DNA of 58,339 bases, filler included, from Circinaria calcarea (taxonomy: Eukaryota): NCBI GenBank assembly GCA_051942165.1. It is 4 parts of 4 records of this genome, joined end to end, with 100 filler letters (N's around TTAATTAATTAA, not from the genome) between each part and the next. Parts side by side here need not be neighbours in the genome. Positions count along the whole stretch, not along the records: positions 29,249 to 43,759 come from JAVECS010000424.1; 3 more parts are not named here. One strand, written 5' to 3'. Below, piece after piece: positions 29,249 through 41,831 of the stretch. The notes under the pieces were generated by a model. That model saw nothing but the letters and a program-made list of their open reading frames with translations, searched no databases and was not told the origin of the DNA. The position numbers and the translations under genes were made by a program. Each line of letters begins with the position of its first letter. Position 1 is the first letter of the stretch.

Positions 29249-31202
29249 TACTAGGACACTGATTCGTACTCAAGTCGGTTCTTCTATCTTACCCATAGAC
29301 GTTCAAGAAATGGCCACAACGACGGTACACCAAGACAGACATAAAGGCCATGCTTTATGGCTGATACCTTCCTTATTTCCATCTTTTTATTCGGTGTCGC
29401 CGACACCCCAGGCCCGAGCGGATAGAGAACCGGCTTCGTTTCTCACAGATTTGCATCTGTAATCCTTTTTAGAATACACTCTACTCTTGCTTACACTTTC
29501 TTTTCACTCCTCTTCACCATAGATGTCTCTGAAACTGGCGAACCCAGCCTGAAACAGAACTGGAAAAGGGCACGTGCTACATGTTGTACACCAGTTCTTC
29601 TCTTCTCTGGCACGCACATACTACCTTGTCCATCTGCAAATGGATGCCCTTTAGCTTCGCACCTTCGGAAGCAAGAGAGAACGAACATAGATGGGCTCAT
29701 GGATCTTTGTACAATGGTTTCTTTTTACAACTGCACAGCACTCTCTTTAGCTAAATAGATAGCTCCAATCAAAAGCGCAACATTACTCTGATTTTTTTTG
29801 GAACAACAGAACTATACTTACTTATATTGAGACGTACAGTAAACTGCGCCCATTTTTGAGCATCTACACTCCTAATATCTCAAGCGCGGTATCCTGCCGA
29901 CTACAAAATCCTAGTGACAGCCCCCTATTCCTTCACTAAGGCTGGAAAATACTGTAAGATGATATAAGAATCTGCTTGGGCCAAGAAAGAAGTTTTTGTT
30001 GGGGCTATTGCCATTGTAAATACAGACCAGTTGAAGTGTCCCCATTAGATGCTGTATATAAGAAGTTCCATCTGGTTGTAATTCCTCGGACTTAATAAAC
30101 TCCCCTTCTGTTGCACAAAAACACACAAATCCAAATCCAAAATCCAGGGGTCCCGTCCATGTTATTCCCACTGCTAACTGGTGGTTTGGGACGAGGAGTT
30201 AAAAAAGTAAACACTACCAAAAGGAGTGGAAGCTTGGGGTCCGGACAAGGAAAAGAATTGAGTTGTACAAATATGAGAGGCCCCCCTAGAGCTGGGTTGT
30301 GTCCCTAATAAAGGTACGGAGATTTCGTCGATCGTGCTTCACTGCAGCCCAGAATTATTTCCTTTTCTCTCGTTCTCGTGCGTTTTTCGTAGGATATTTC
30401 AGAAGGGAGACTAGGTGAAACCTGGATTCTCAAACCACGACAACGGGAAAAAAGGTAATTTCCGACCCCTTCTTTAAGAGGACGTTATCACGATTGCTGT
30501 ATTCTCCGATAAGGAATTGATAAGAACGGGACTTTTATCATTATTGAAATCAGCTTATCTTTTTCGGAATCAGATGAAAAATCCCCTCGAGGCAAGTTAC
30601 TTTCTCACAGTCACATTCATTTCGTCCATTTCGTCCACCATCACCGGAGATTTCCATCATTGTTCCGCATTTTCTCGGTTAGATTCAGACGCAAGACGGC
30701 CAAGCAAATGCAAACATGCATGGAAATCATCATTACACGTTTCGGGTTCGTTGCGCTTCCCCTCCCCAGAAGGGGGCGCTACTTACTACCACGCCCTTGG
30801 AGTGGGTCCAGTCAAAACTGTTTGTTGAGCGCAATATATATCTTGGGGGCATGGATTTGCTATCTGAGTTGTATAAACTATCGAAGCTAGTATACAACGA
30901 AAAAGTGCTTTGAAGAGGTTGTAGTAGAGAGTTATTAAACATAGACGACGTATTACCCCGTAGGTAACACGTGACTCGGTAAGCCCCTATGCCTTCCAAC
31001 AAACTAAAACCTTTGTTTCCAACGGCCTTCTTTGAAATTTTCGCTGCAACTCTCGCAGAAATTTTGCTCGGATCAGACTGGGTCGTGCCCAGTTTTAAGC
31101 ACCTTAATTTCGTTTCTCGTTTTAGGGCAGTATGGTGCAATGCTTAGTACAGACAGGCCTGTACTGACATTATAGTCCAGTCCAGTACCTGCGGCTGCAC
31201 TA

Positions 31203-32517
31203 CTAGTGGCGCTGGTCTGAACCTTGGTCTAAACCTACAACGTAATCGCTGCGGACGTGTATAGTATCAAGAGGTACAGCCTCGGTGCCCAAGGAGGATA
31301 ACGAGCTTTTACCCCCTTCCGCTGTGGTATCGTGCACGATCGGGTTCTTTGCGGTGAGGTTGCTACGCCCATATCGAAGTGGGTGCAGGCTCAAGCCTCC
31401 TGTATAGCGATGCCGTGGAAGGGAGTCCTTTTTGAACAGCGCTTTGTACGATACAAGGCATACGATGATAATGGCTATATAAGACCCGCAAGTTAGATCA
31501 TCGTACTGCTTTAGACCCGAACAATCTGAGTATCAAGGATAACAGACCGGTTGCGTGCTCAATCGGGCCCCATGCGTACAACCAACTATTATCGACTGAA
31601 TCGCCTGAACCGATGGCCAGTATCACTCTAATAATAGCAACGATCATGACAAACAGTGTGAGGGAGAACAAGGTAATAAGTGCCAACTTATAACGATTGC
31701 TAATTTGTACCCCCCATAATATAGTGATTGGAATAGTTAGGACTAGCACGGTCTGTCAGTTTAGGTTAGGTGTGGTTGCTTACATACTTACTTAGAACAT
31801 CTGTAATCACATCACACCCCGTAACAATCCGTAGCGACAGGACTGAATAAGCCTGACCTGCAGGAGTTAGACAGTGCTCTACCGCATCTTAGCAAGGCAA
31901 TGTATAATGAAACGCGAGGAGTTATACTCACCAACTTTCCCAGGAACGGATCTAATAAGGCATGGCCAATTGTAGACTCCAATACATATAGCAAACGCGG
32001 CGACAATCGCGGCCAGGACAGACCACCACAGCCACTTCTGGCCCCTAACATTGTGCCCCAGCTTCCTAAAAAACAGCATCAACGAAAGCTTTACAGCCCA
32101 GACACCACATGTGTGGAGTAAATTGACCGCAATTAGCGAGCGGAGAAATAACGTGAGCTGGTCGGAGAAATCAGGCGGTGGCGGAACCACTCCATTCTGG
32201 ACGTCCAAGAGAGTGTAGTTCGACCGGGCCGCAATCTCCCAGACTATGGCGTTTGCCAGTAACATCAACCATGATGCCAACACCAAAACGTCGTCTTCGA
32301 ATAAGCGGTGGAAGAGACGGAGCCGGACGTAGCCTCTGAAGGTGACAAAGCAGAAGGATACGGCTACACCACCCCACAAAAGGCCCTAGGTTATCGGGAA
32401 TCCTTATTAGTCACTAAGACTCAAAACCGTCGGGATAAGCAACAGGGTCTCCTGGCTCACGATAAACGCCTTCTCACCAACAGCCAGTTTCATCTGAGGA
32501 GGTGCGGGGTTGGACAT
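31203..32517 (-). CDS. Pth11-like (fungal rhodopsin-domain) integral membrane protein, multi-exon
   Basis: FRGYVRLRLFHRLFEDDVLV, WAVKLSLMLFFRKL, DVITDVL|VLTIPITILWGVQI...KLAL, WGPIEHAT|IIIVCLVSYKALF motifs with GT-AG introns. Confidence 0.87.
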
Positions 32518-32905
32518 TGCTGTTTAGCTCGGGCATAAGGCTTTTAAGCCTTTAAAGATGTAAAGGTAAGATTTACTTTAAGAAGTAGATAGAAAGTATA
32601 GATTCTCGAGGATAATTCGCAGGTAAGCAAGTATTAAGTGAAGGAGTGGGTAGTGTGCAATAATCTTCAAAATTTGATGCAAAATGGCTGAATGTGGTCG
32701 TCAGCTGATGACTGCAGCGGTATGGCGTAGAAAAATAATCATCCTTGATTTTGCTTATTAGCTGCGGGTAAAGTCATAATAGGCAGCATCGAAAAATCTG
32801 TCGGATTAAAGGACAGGATGTTCGCAGCATATGCACTTTGCAAATCCCTTCAATTCTATGCAAGCCAACGGCTGAGCAGATAAGCTGGACAGAGTCGCCA
32901 GTAGT

Positions 32906-32975
32906 CTGGACTACCGGACTGGACTGACCGCACTGGACTGATTGGATTGGACTGACTGGATTGGACTATTGACTG
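32906..32975. repeat. Imperfect (GGACT/GGATT)n microsatellite
   Basis: ctggactaccggactggactgaccgcactggactgattggattggactgactggattggactattgactg. Confidence 0.75.
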
Positions 32976-33632
32976 TTAGTGCGAACCAATAGCCTAGAGG
33001 GGAACAATCCACCCTCTGGACTGCCAAGGTAGTAACACTGTTGGAACTACTGGCGGCGCTGAAGCTGGAGCAGCATGAAACTGCTTATCTTCGTAGGTAA
33101 TATCCAGCGCCGCAGCTAAGCTGCTGATGTTGTACGGCATAAATCACGCAACTCTGCCGAACGACCGCTTCGCATTAGTGGTAAAACATTTCCTAGCGTT
33201 ATATGCGAAGGAATGTTTTGAGCAGCATACGTTGGTGGCATGCATATATTAGCTTGAGGAGCGAAAAAGCTTTCAAAGCATTGGACCTCGTTTAATACGT
33301 GACTCTATCAGCTCTATGCGTCCCAACCAAACGGTCATCGTTTACCGGTGCGCTCTTGGATGGAGTATCCAGAAGGTGGCAAAATTCAAATATGGCTCTC
33401 TATATCTGCATTGAAATTTCGCTGAAAGGTGTTTATACTAGATAGAAACTTGATGGATGTCTATGAAATAGGGAAATAGGGGCGGCCAAGCAATAGAGCT
33501 AAATGGCGTACTTCTGATATTTTAAAGTGTTCCCGAAAACTTCTGATTCTCAATAACAGGATTGCTATTAAAATGCAATCAATTTCCCTCGACAGCCTTC
33601 ACATAATTACGTTAGGGTTTCCGGGCCTTCTA

Positions 33633-36407
33633 TCAATTTGGCTGAAGCGACCCCTTTCTCCGTCTAATGCGAAAGGGAGTTACTCCCCGGGGTGGCAATG
33701 TTCTAAGTCCATAAAATCTCATATCTGGATTTGGTCCACATTTGGCCTCTGTCAGTAGCTCGATATCAAAGCCGCTGCATAGCATGGCGAGGGTCAGCAA
33801 GATTTCCTGTTTGGCGAAGTGTCTGCCTGGGCACATCCTTTGACCGCCACCATATGAAATCCATGAGCATGAAACGCCACTGAATGAGCATTTAGGCTCT
33901 TCGGCATCTTTTTTGGTGGCGCAATGCTCGCTGTCTTGGTACCGTTTGAGGGATGGTCCACTACTCGGGTCGTGCGAGTATACTAAAAACCGCTCTGCCC
34001 AAAACTTGTCTAGTGGGTGAAGCGTTTTATGCCCAGTGCTCCAAACCTCCTTATCCATATGTGCCACTTGGCTTGAAATTGCGATCAGACTGTGCCTGGG
34101 AAAATTTCAATTTCCGACAGTGATATTTGTATGTTCTGCATTTCGAACAATCATAGCAGCCATGTAAAGACGAAGAACCTCCGCATAAATCGATTGTAAT
34201 AGTGGTTGATCGCATAGTCTGGCTATATCGAAGTCCAGATGCGATAGAAATGAGTTGGAAACACAACGGGAAAGGTCGCTGCGAACCCTGGAAAGAAGAG
34301 AAGAATCACGAACCACCTCGACTAGCATCCAGAACGCAGCCAGAATGGCGTTGGAGTTTGTTTTGTTGTTAATATTAGCCAGATGTCATACGTTCGAGAA
34401 TCAAGTAAAGAAAGCTCACGCCCAGATCAGCCCAAGGTCAGCGCTAGCGATTGCATCGGCAGTTATTGCTTTCATCTTTAAGCTGTAGTTCTGCCTTACT
34501 CTCATGAGAGTAGTTCCTGGTAAGGATCCTGGGTATTTGCTATGTCCACGAGTCTGTTGGTGTCATGCTGTCTTATATATGTGTGCCATTTTTTCACATT
34601 TTTCAGGCATTTATCTCGTACCCGCCATGCAGCAGGTTTGAAGAGTCTGGGATAGCCCTTTAGTATATATGGCATGTAGCCGTCAAAGTCTCAGAAATTT
34701 TGAGCAAAATCAGGTTTAAGTGATGGGAAGTATGACCCACACATCCCCTCAACGGCGGTAGAAAACATATGGGATTGTAGCAAAGACAGGAGATCGGGTA
34801 TATCAATCCAGTCAGATCCAACTTCTAGATTGCTAACGCGTTTTTTGAGAATATTCCGAAAGGATCTAGCTAGGGATTGTAAATGCTTGCCAGCGAGAAG
34901 TTCCCCGAGTCTCAGGGGGGTCGTCGATTAACTCGGGGGGGGGGTCGTCCGGTATTTAATTTTCGCCCCGGTATATAATGAAAATAAAGCGCATTCGCCT
35001 CTGAGCGGGGCGTAGTTCGCTCTAAACCAGGCGTATTCACTTTATATGAAGACGGAGGCATAAACAGGGGCTTAGCAGGCCTAATATGGCGTATTCTGCA
35101 CGAAATAGCATAAACTACACTAAAATACACTCCGCTTTTACCACGAAAACTGACCTATACCCTTCTACCATAGTGCGCCCCTCCGTGTACATAGCCAAAA
35201 TCTATACCTTCCGTGCTTTTCATACCTTCCGGGCCTTCCGCGCTCAGTATAACGCTACAATCATGCTTCCGTCCTTAATAATGTTGGGCAGCAGAAATGT
35301 ATGGTGGAATTGCTACCTAAGTATGTAACTATCTAAGCTATCTATGCAATGAAGAAAATGCTTTTATGGGGTGTGTAGGGAGTGTTGAGCATGGACCTCC
35401 TATGTAACACATGCTTCGGTAAGCCTTATGACTTCCAAAAAATAAAACGCTGTAATCATGACCTTCCGTGTTCAGTATACCCTTCCGCCAATATACCCTG
35501 TAATTATGCCCTCGAAATGCGCCGTATCATGCTTTCGAAATACGTCGAACCAGCCAATTATCCTTCTATTTCAGCATACCCTTCCGAATTCACGCTATTC
35601 ATGCATTAATTCGGCCCCGGTCTTGACAGAATTACACCTGGCTCAGAGGCGAATGCGCTTTATTTTTATTATATACCGGGGCGAAAATTAAATACCGGAC
35701 GACCCCCCCCTGAGACTCGGGGCGAGAAGTTTTACTGTCGACTTATGTGTGAGGTGATATATGCGATTTTCCGGCTGAATCCTGCTGTTGGCATGAGGCA
35801 TTAGATTAGTTCCAGAATCATCAAGGGTATAGAATTCGAGAACATCCTTGGAAGTGCCAAATGATGTACCAACGCCAATCAGGACTTGGGGTTGGATGAT
35901 AGAAACTGTGACTTTTTCCAAACGAGTTTGAGATGTTGAGTTCCCGAGATAAGATACAGCTCGGTATTGAATAGTCGCAGACGAACAGGAACTGAAGTAC
36001 CAAATCGGCCACTGGCAAAAAGCATATTAGCATCGCCACTGCTTGACTCATTTGCATTTATCTGAAAGTTTAACTTACATAATCGATGCAGCCAGATTTG
36101 CAGGGTCCCAAAGGAACGAGAGTGCGTGTCCCAGCAGCGGAATCCAATAGGGTACGGTTGGTGGCTTTCTGATTTTCTCTTGATTCTTAAGGGCGATTTC
36201 CCACTATAGCAACATGACAAGATAAGTGACCATGAACGGCGATATGATTGCCAGAACACTCGCGAATGCCCGGCTCCAAAGACTCAAACCAAGCCAGAAT
36301 TGGAGTGTAAGCTTAGAATAGCTAAGAGATGGTGGCAATGGGTTAAAAATAGTAGAAGGAAAGAAGCGGCGATCCCGTAAGACCAATGCCATCGTGTTGT
36401 TATCCAT
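33633..36407 (-). pseudogene. Cytochrome P450 (CYP7/prostacyclin-synthase-like fungal group), disrupted by stops, a frameshift and a transposon
   Basis: PPTVPYWIPLLGHA, AEVLRL (ExxR) and YGGGQRMCPGRHFAKQE heme motif. In-frame stops at 36204-36206, 34691-34693 (NF*DFD) and 34107-34109, a frameshift near 35900, and an insertion at 34903-35722. Confidence 0.9.
34903..35722. mobile_element. Non-autonomous Mutator-like (MULE/MITE) element, 820 bp, about 82-bp TIRs, 9-bp TSD
   Basis: TIRs CCCCGAGTCTCAGGGG...TCGTCCGGTATTTAATTTTCGCCCCGG...CTCTGAGC at 34903-35006 and inverted at 35641-35722. TSD CGAGAAGTT at 34894-34902 and 35723-35731. Removal rejoins the P450 frame KSTVKLL|AGKHL. No transposase is encoded. 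Confidence 0.93.
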
Positions 36408-37331
36408 AGTGCTCTATGTTTGCTAAGTTGTGGACAGTGAAGAACAGCTAATACTAGCATACTTACAAATATATAAAGTTTATGGATCAGAAACTTTAGT
36501 GTATGGAGTCTAGACCTCTCCTACCCACTTAGCCAAACAATCGCCCTGAAGCGTAATACGAGGCTAACTAGAAGTTATAATTGTTGGGCAGCAGAATGTA
36601 TGGTGGCATTTCTGCCTGAGTATGTAACTAAGGAATTATCTATGCTACGAAAAAGTGCTTTTATGGTGTGGAAGTGTTAAGCATGGACCTCCTAAGCAAC
36701 ACATGCCTCGGTAAGTCCTATGACTTTCAACAATAATGTGGCTGTCAGTAAAGAATTCAACGCCGCTCTCTTACATAAAATCGCAGAAAACTTTTTATTG
36801 GCTTTTATCCTTGTCTGCTGACTGTACAAATATTTTCCCCCGATTACCATGGCAGTGGTGTGGATGGCTGTTGGTCCATCAAAGCTCAGCTTCGAAAAAG
36901 TGCAATAGGAAAGGTGTGGCACAGTGCAATAATGTAATCATAGGAAGTTATGAAATTTCTAGACCTAGTTTGGCGTAGAGGCGTGTGCACCAAATGTTTT
37001 CATATTGGCAGAGTGATGCTGATTGCCTCCTAGACAGAAACGGGGCAGTGTCATTTTGAAACGTTGCTCTCTATTTTTGTATCCGTCGAAGCCGGTAAGG
37101 CAGGCGTTATGGTGTCCTTTAGAATGTTTCCATGGCTCGATATGCATCTGTAGTTGGTGTGAAGTAACATAGTGGAACAGTCGTCTGGGCTAGAGCATGC
37201 AAGCAATGGGCGGAACAGTTATGGCCCGCACCGAGCCACAGGAGTGCGTCAACATTAGAGTTTCCAGAGTGCGCTAGTACTTCCAATAGCGAGGCTAGTA
37301 ACCCATCCACTATCTCTCTGAATTTACCCAC

Positions 37332-37645
37332 ATGGCTCTATTTTTCTCTTTCCTTGCTTTTCCTCAACGGATTATGGCTCCATACCTCTCGCCTCGCCAC
37401 TGCTACATCCCTTGGCTGTTTAACTGTTTGAGACTGCCACGGCTGCTTCCATTCTTGCTTTCACGTCCCCCTCCTCATCCCTACGCCTTGCCGCTTTGCC
37501 TCTACAAGTGGCATGTGTGGCAATTCTGATTCAATACTCCTTGGATGGTACAGGCCGTATCTTCTGAGCGAGTTATCTTATCGGCAGCGGAATCACATGC
37601 CTGCTTCATTATATAGAGACCGCTTTGTTGCGCTGTTGGAGCTTA
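37332..37645 (+). pseudogene. 5' fragment of a TRI7-like/MBOAT_2 (wax-synthase-domain) acyltransferase
   Basis: Frame ...ILAFTSPSSSLRLAALPL...RIF*ASYLIGSGITCLLHYIETALLRCWS with TGA at 37565-37567. Its last about 80 bp are homologous to 39947-40025. Confidence 0.65.
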
Positions 37646-38319
37646 GCTTATGCTATACTCTACACTATACAGTATACTCTGGTTCATCCAATACACCATG
37701 CCATACACCATGCCCCACTCTAAATATATGCATATGCCATGCCCCATGCTATATCTTATATTAAGCCCCGAGTTATGCTAAATATAATACTTTATACGAC
37801 GCTTGCTGCTTCCGTTTCTATATAATATTATTATATAATTCGTTTTAGGCAATTAGGCGATTACGAATAGTGATTACGAGAAGATTATTTGAGCGAGATA
37901 TTATACGGTTATTCGGCATGCATGTAACCGTGGTGAATACCGTATTGGGTATAATTCAGAGGCAGGGAAAATTTTGCAATACAGGCATAAATTTCACGTA
38001 TTCCCCCATAATGTATTCTAGTTTCTTTAGTAACAGCAATAATGAATACCGATTCGCACTATATATTCAACACAGGGCCTTGCGCACTACCTGTAATTGG
38101 AATACGGGGAAAATACGGCATCGGGCCGGGTGCGGTATCACAGTATCTGGTACCTGCCAATTCACCAGCCCTTTATAGTATTAGGGTGGTATGTGCCAGA
38201 TCCTCCTGACGACAGAGGATAAAACAGTAGGCTGTTTTCCTAGAGATACGTGTTTAGCGTCGTTGATGACTCTAGCTTACGGAGCTACACATTAAATTAA
38301 AACCATATCGTATATTTTC

Positions 38320-39520
38320 CTAGATATTACTTACCGTGACGTTTGATCGACTTGGTGAATTGGTTCTTATAATCGACCAATCGACCTCTCCGTCAAATGC
38401 CTCTTCCAAATATACGTCTTCGCCAGCGGGTTTGGGCGTTTTTAGCTTAGGTATATCAAACATTTTGCCCTCGATTGAGTTTCTCCATTTAGCTGAAGAC
38501 CCAGGAATGGTCTTAGAAGGCGTAGTATGAGGTGAAGATTTAATAGCGGCTTCAAAAATAGTGTCCAAAAATCTATATCTTAACCAATGGTTAGTTATAT
38601 AATGTTTTAAAGACTGTTATCTTTAACTTACATTTCTAGTTTTTCATCCCGAAAAATCGTAGAGTACGTTTTCGACGCAAAAAGGGATCCTTCATCGTCA
38701 AGACGGAGAAACTGATATTGAACACTATCAGTTACAACACCATAAACTGTGCTCACTATCTTATTGGCTCGTTTGCGGTCTTGTTGTACACCTGCCAAAT
38801 ATAGTGCCCCTTGAATAATCCCTTGAGCCATCGTTTCCCGTCTTTTTGCTTCAATAACAATGTGTATCGACTCTAGAGCTTGTTGCTGACCACTAGTGGC
38901 CGAATGGCAATACCCTAGGACGTAGTCTGCCACTCCAGACACAATTTGCTGGTCTCCAAGGCAAAGTGTTGTGATTTGTTGCTCGCCCTTTAAGACGAGA
39001 TTCTTAGCCCCATCGAGGTCCTGTTTCGAGGAGAGACGATCGAATAAAATCAAATCAATAGGTGTCCGCCGCAGAGCTTCCGCGGAGTAAGAGTGCCAAA
39101 ATAATGATCGTGCGAACTGCTCTAAAGCAGTTTCTATTATCTATGGTTACAACGGTATTTCATGTTGCATCAGGAGCCATACCTAGCCAAGCGCACATGT
39201 GAACGCATTCGACGTTCCTATCTAGACAGTCTGCTAATCCCCATCCATGTTCAGGTACATCTTGGTATTTGATTCCTGTGAGGGCTACAGCTTCCTCGAG
39301 CGTTTTCACCGAAGATGCTGCAATCGTCGGAGTCTGCCAGAGGGGTCGAAGTTAGCCTCGAGAGAAAAGAAGTGCCACACATAAAATGGTACCTTTGGTT
39401 CAGGCCCTGCTTTGATCCGTTTTGCCTTACATGTAAAGATTCATATCCCTTAGACGTAGGCCCTCTCTCCAGTATCTCTTCTAGTTCATCTGCATAAACT
39501 ACAACTTTGCGCTTCGACAT
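38320..39520 (-). CDS. PD-(D/E)XK restriction-endonuclease-fold protein (Crinkler/CR-effector-like REase domain); 5' structure uncertain, possibly decayed
   Basis: SGVADYVLGY...LESIHIVIEAKR...QGALYLAGVQ...VYGVVTDSVQYQFLRLD pattern (D...ExK, Q..Y, YG..TD...F). An intron at about 38578-38630 leads to the last exon. Confidence 0.6.
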
Positions 39521-39939
39521 TCTGAGTAGTTGGGAGGTTTAGCAAAATTCTATAAGAGGTGTGTTATGTACGGAAGGCCGGCACCGACAGCTTAAGCCTG
39601 ATGTGGGAAGACCTAAGTGACAGGCATACCATACTGGCCCAAAATCTGCGCCTCCGTATTAGTCAGAAATGGTCCCACTAACATAACATAACTCCGTTGT
39701 GGATATATAATAGAGCTACGTAAAGCTAGACCGAGGCTCCCTCCGGAGCAGGGTATAAATTGGCCGGGAGTGCAGTTATTCCGCGCCTGCCTAACATTCT
39801 CCGAGCATAACAAAATTTAGCTAAACCTCCCAATTGTCGTTCCTCCCCCACCGTCGTACCACCTGAAACGAGCCAGCAGAATTCCTCATACAAAAACAGC
39901 AACATGTTCTTATAGGTACTGAATTCAATCGCTACCGCC

Positions 39940-41218
39940 TACAGTGTCTGGGCGAGTCATTTTGCCGGCAGCGGAATCGCATGCCTGCTCCACAATATGG
40001 AGACCGCTCTATTGAGCCGTTGGAGATTTGAGACCAAATGCACAAGGTTATGTCCGCAAGGCTTGTCGACCAAAGCCACAGCCAGCCGAGGTAATAATAA
40101 CAACAAACAAAACACGATATCTAGTAGAATTTTTTAGGATCAATTGCATTTCAACTATCGAGCTATCTTGTCCTACCATAACATCAAGACCTCAGATAAA
40201 GTGAAGAAAATGCCTCCGTTTTCTGCGAAAAATCCGAAATACATTCCTTCTCGCGGCCAGTTCCTACTGCACAAGGCAGCGATTTTCCTGATATGCTATA
40301 CAATACTCGACCTTGCCACTTCAGGGCCTCCACAGCCGGATGTGAACGCAAAAAACTTTTCTGCTCGCAAGGTTCCTCTTTTCAGCCGTCTGAGCACCGT
40401 CTCGGGTGAAGACCTTATCATCAGACTAGCAACCACGGTTGGGCTATGGGTCAGCCTATACTGCGTGATTCAAGTTGGCACTAGCCTTCATGCCTTTATC
40501 TGCGTTGCTCTCAATATAGATGAGCCAAAAGATTGGCGCCCGTCTTTCGGTTCACTGAAGGAAGCTTATAGTGTGTGTCGCTTCTGGAGGTGAGCCTCCT
40601 CGTTCTTTCTACTCCAAAATCGGTAGTTATATTCTCATATCCTGACACTTGCATTTCTGTCTGGACATCTCCACACACACGCAACTAGTGTGTCTTCAAA
40701 CGGTAACAAAGTATATATCTATATCTATATATTCGAGACTAATACACAATCGGACACACAGCTTCTTCTGGCACCAATTCCAACGTCAGAAACTAACAGG
40801 TCCTGCTGGCTTCCTTGTCTTCGATCTTTTACGACTGCCAAGAGGGTCCTTAAAGGCACGTTATACGCATCTTATGATCGTATTTGCCATCTCGGGCTTG
40901 CAGCACGCCCTTATCGACATGGCCGAGGGCTATAGCTGGCAGTCGTCTGGATCTGTACAGTTTTTCCTTACGCAGGCGGTAGGAATAATGATAGAGGATG
41001 CTGTACAGGCGATATATAGTAGACAGCTTAGCATTGGTTATGGCAAGCAGGTACCGTCCGTTCTTGTCAGATGGGCAAGGTTTATAGGATACATCTGGGT
41101 AGCTGTCTTTCTCGTATGGTCGACTCCTGTGTGGATTTACCCCGCCCTGCGCGTGAATAAAGGGGAGGAGAAGGACATCTTACTGCCGTACAGTTTCATA
41201 GGACTTTTGAAAACCTGA
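39940..41218 (+). pseudogene. TRI7-like/MBOAT_2 acyltransferase, 5'-truncated, with an in-frame TAG
   Basis: VKKMPPFS..NPKYIPSRGQFL, DWRPSFGSLKEAYSVCRFW|FFWHQ, FAISGLQH, FFLTQAVGIMIEDAVQ and WSTPVWIYP motifs. TAG at 40135-40137, and no N-terminus immediately upstream. Confidence 0.82.
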
Positions 41219-41352
41219 AGCCTCAGAAGAAACTCTTAGATAGATTCCAGCTGCTATATAAACATGGTGATGTCGAGCCTCTGACTAATCCCGGCGCCTA
41301 TCAACCCAGCAGAGTACTCCGGTTGGGTTTTCTCCTTCATCCAATCGACCAG

Positions 41353-41831
41353 TTATTCTCTCTTCACTCCTTCCTTTTTCCACCCCCAGCCTCCCAAGGT
41401 CCCCAATCTCACTAGCATAATCGCGCACGGAAATCCATAGTTTATCCAGGCAGTCGCCGGCCACATACCCACATCGCAGAACCGGTTCCACCCCACCGCC
41501 CACGCCGAGCAAATAGGCCTTGACGACTCGGCGCTCCGTCGTGGTTTGCAGAATGGCGACGGTAAACAGCGCGAGCAGGAGAAGGAAATTGCTGAATTGC
41601 AGAGTGAGGGCCCGCACAGCGGGCTCCAAGACGGGTGGAGAGAGTGGCGTGATTGGATCTTGGGAAGAGAGGAAGAGAGCGGGGTCGGTGAGGGCATAGA
41701 CACAGCCTAGGGGGCTGAGAGGGTGGGGAAGGTTAGTGCTGACGGGCGAGGGAGGAGGGGAAGCCGTACTCAGCAACGGGCTCGACGATTGTGAAGATGA
41801 AGCGCGGGAACGGGTGTAACAAGGATACCAT
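41353..41831 (-). pseudogene. DUF7704-like small membrane protein with an internal frameshift
   Basis: MVSLLHPFPRFIFTIVEPV|intron|...ALTLQFSNFLLLLAL...RRVVKAYLLGV. The family-like end (GWNRFCDVGMW..TAWINYG...LVRLGTLGG) continues in another frame, and the expected D-x-G-H helix is missing. Confidence 0.6.
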
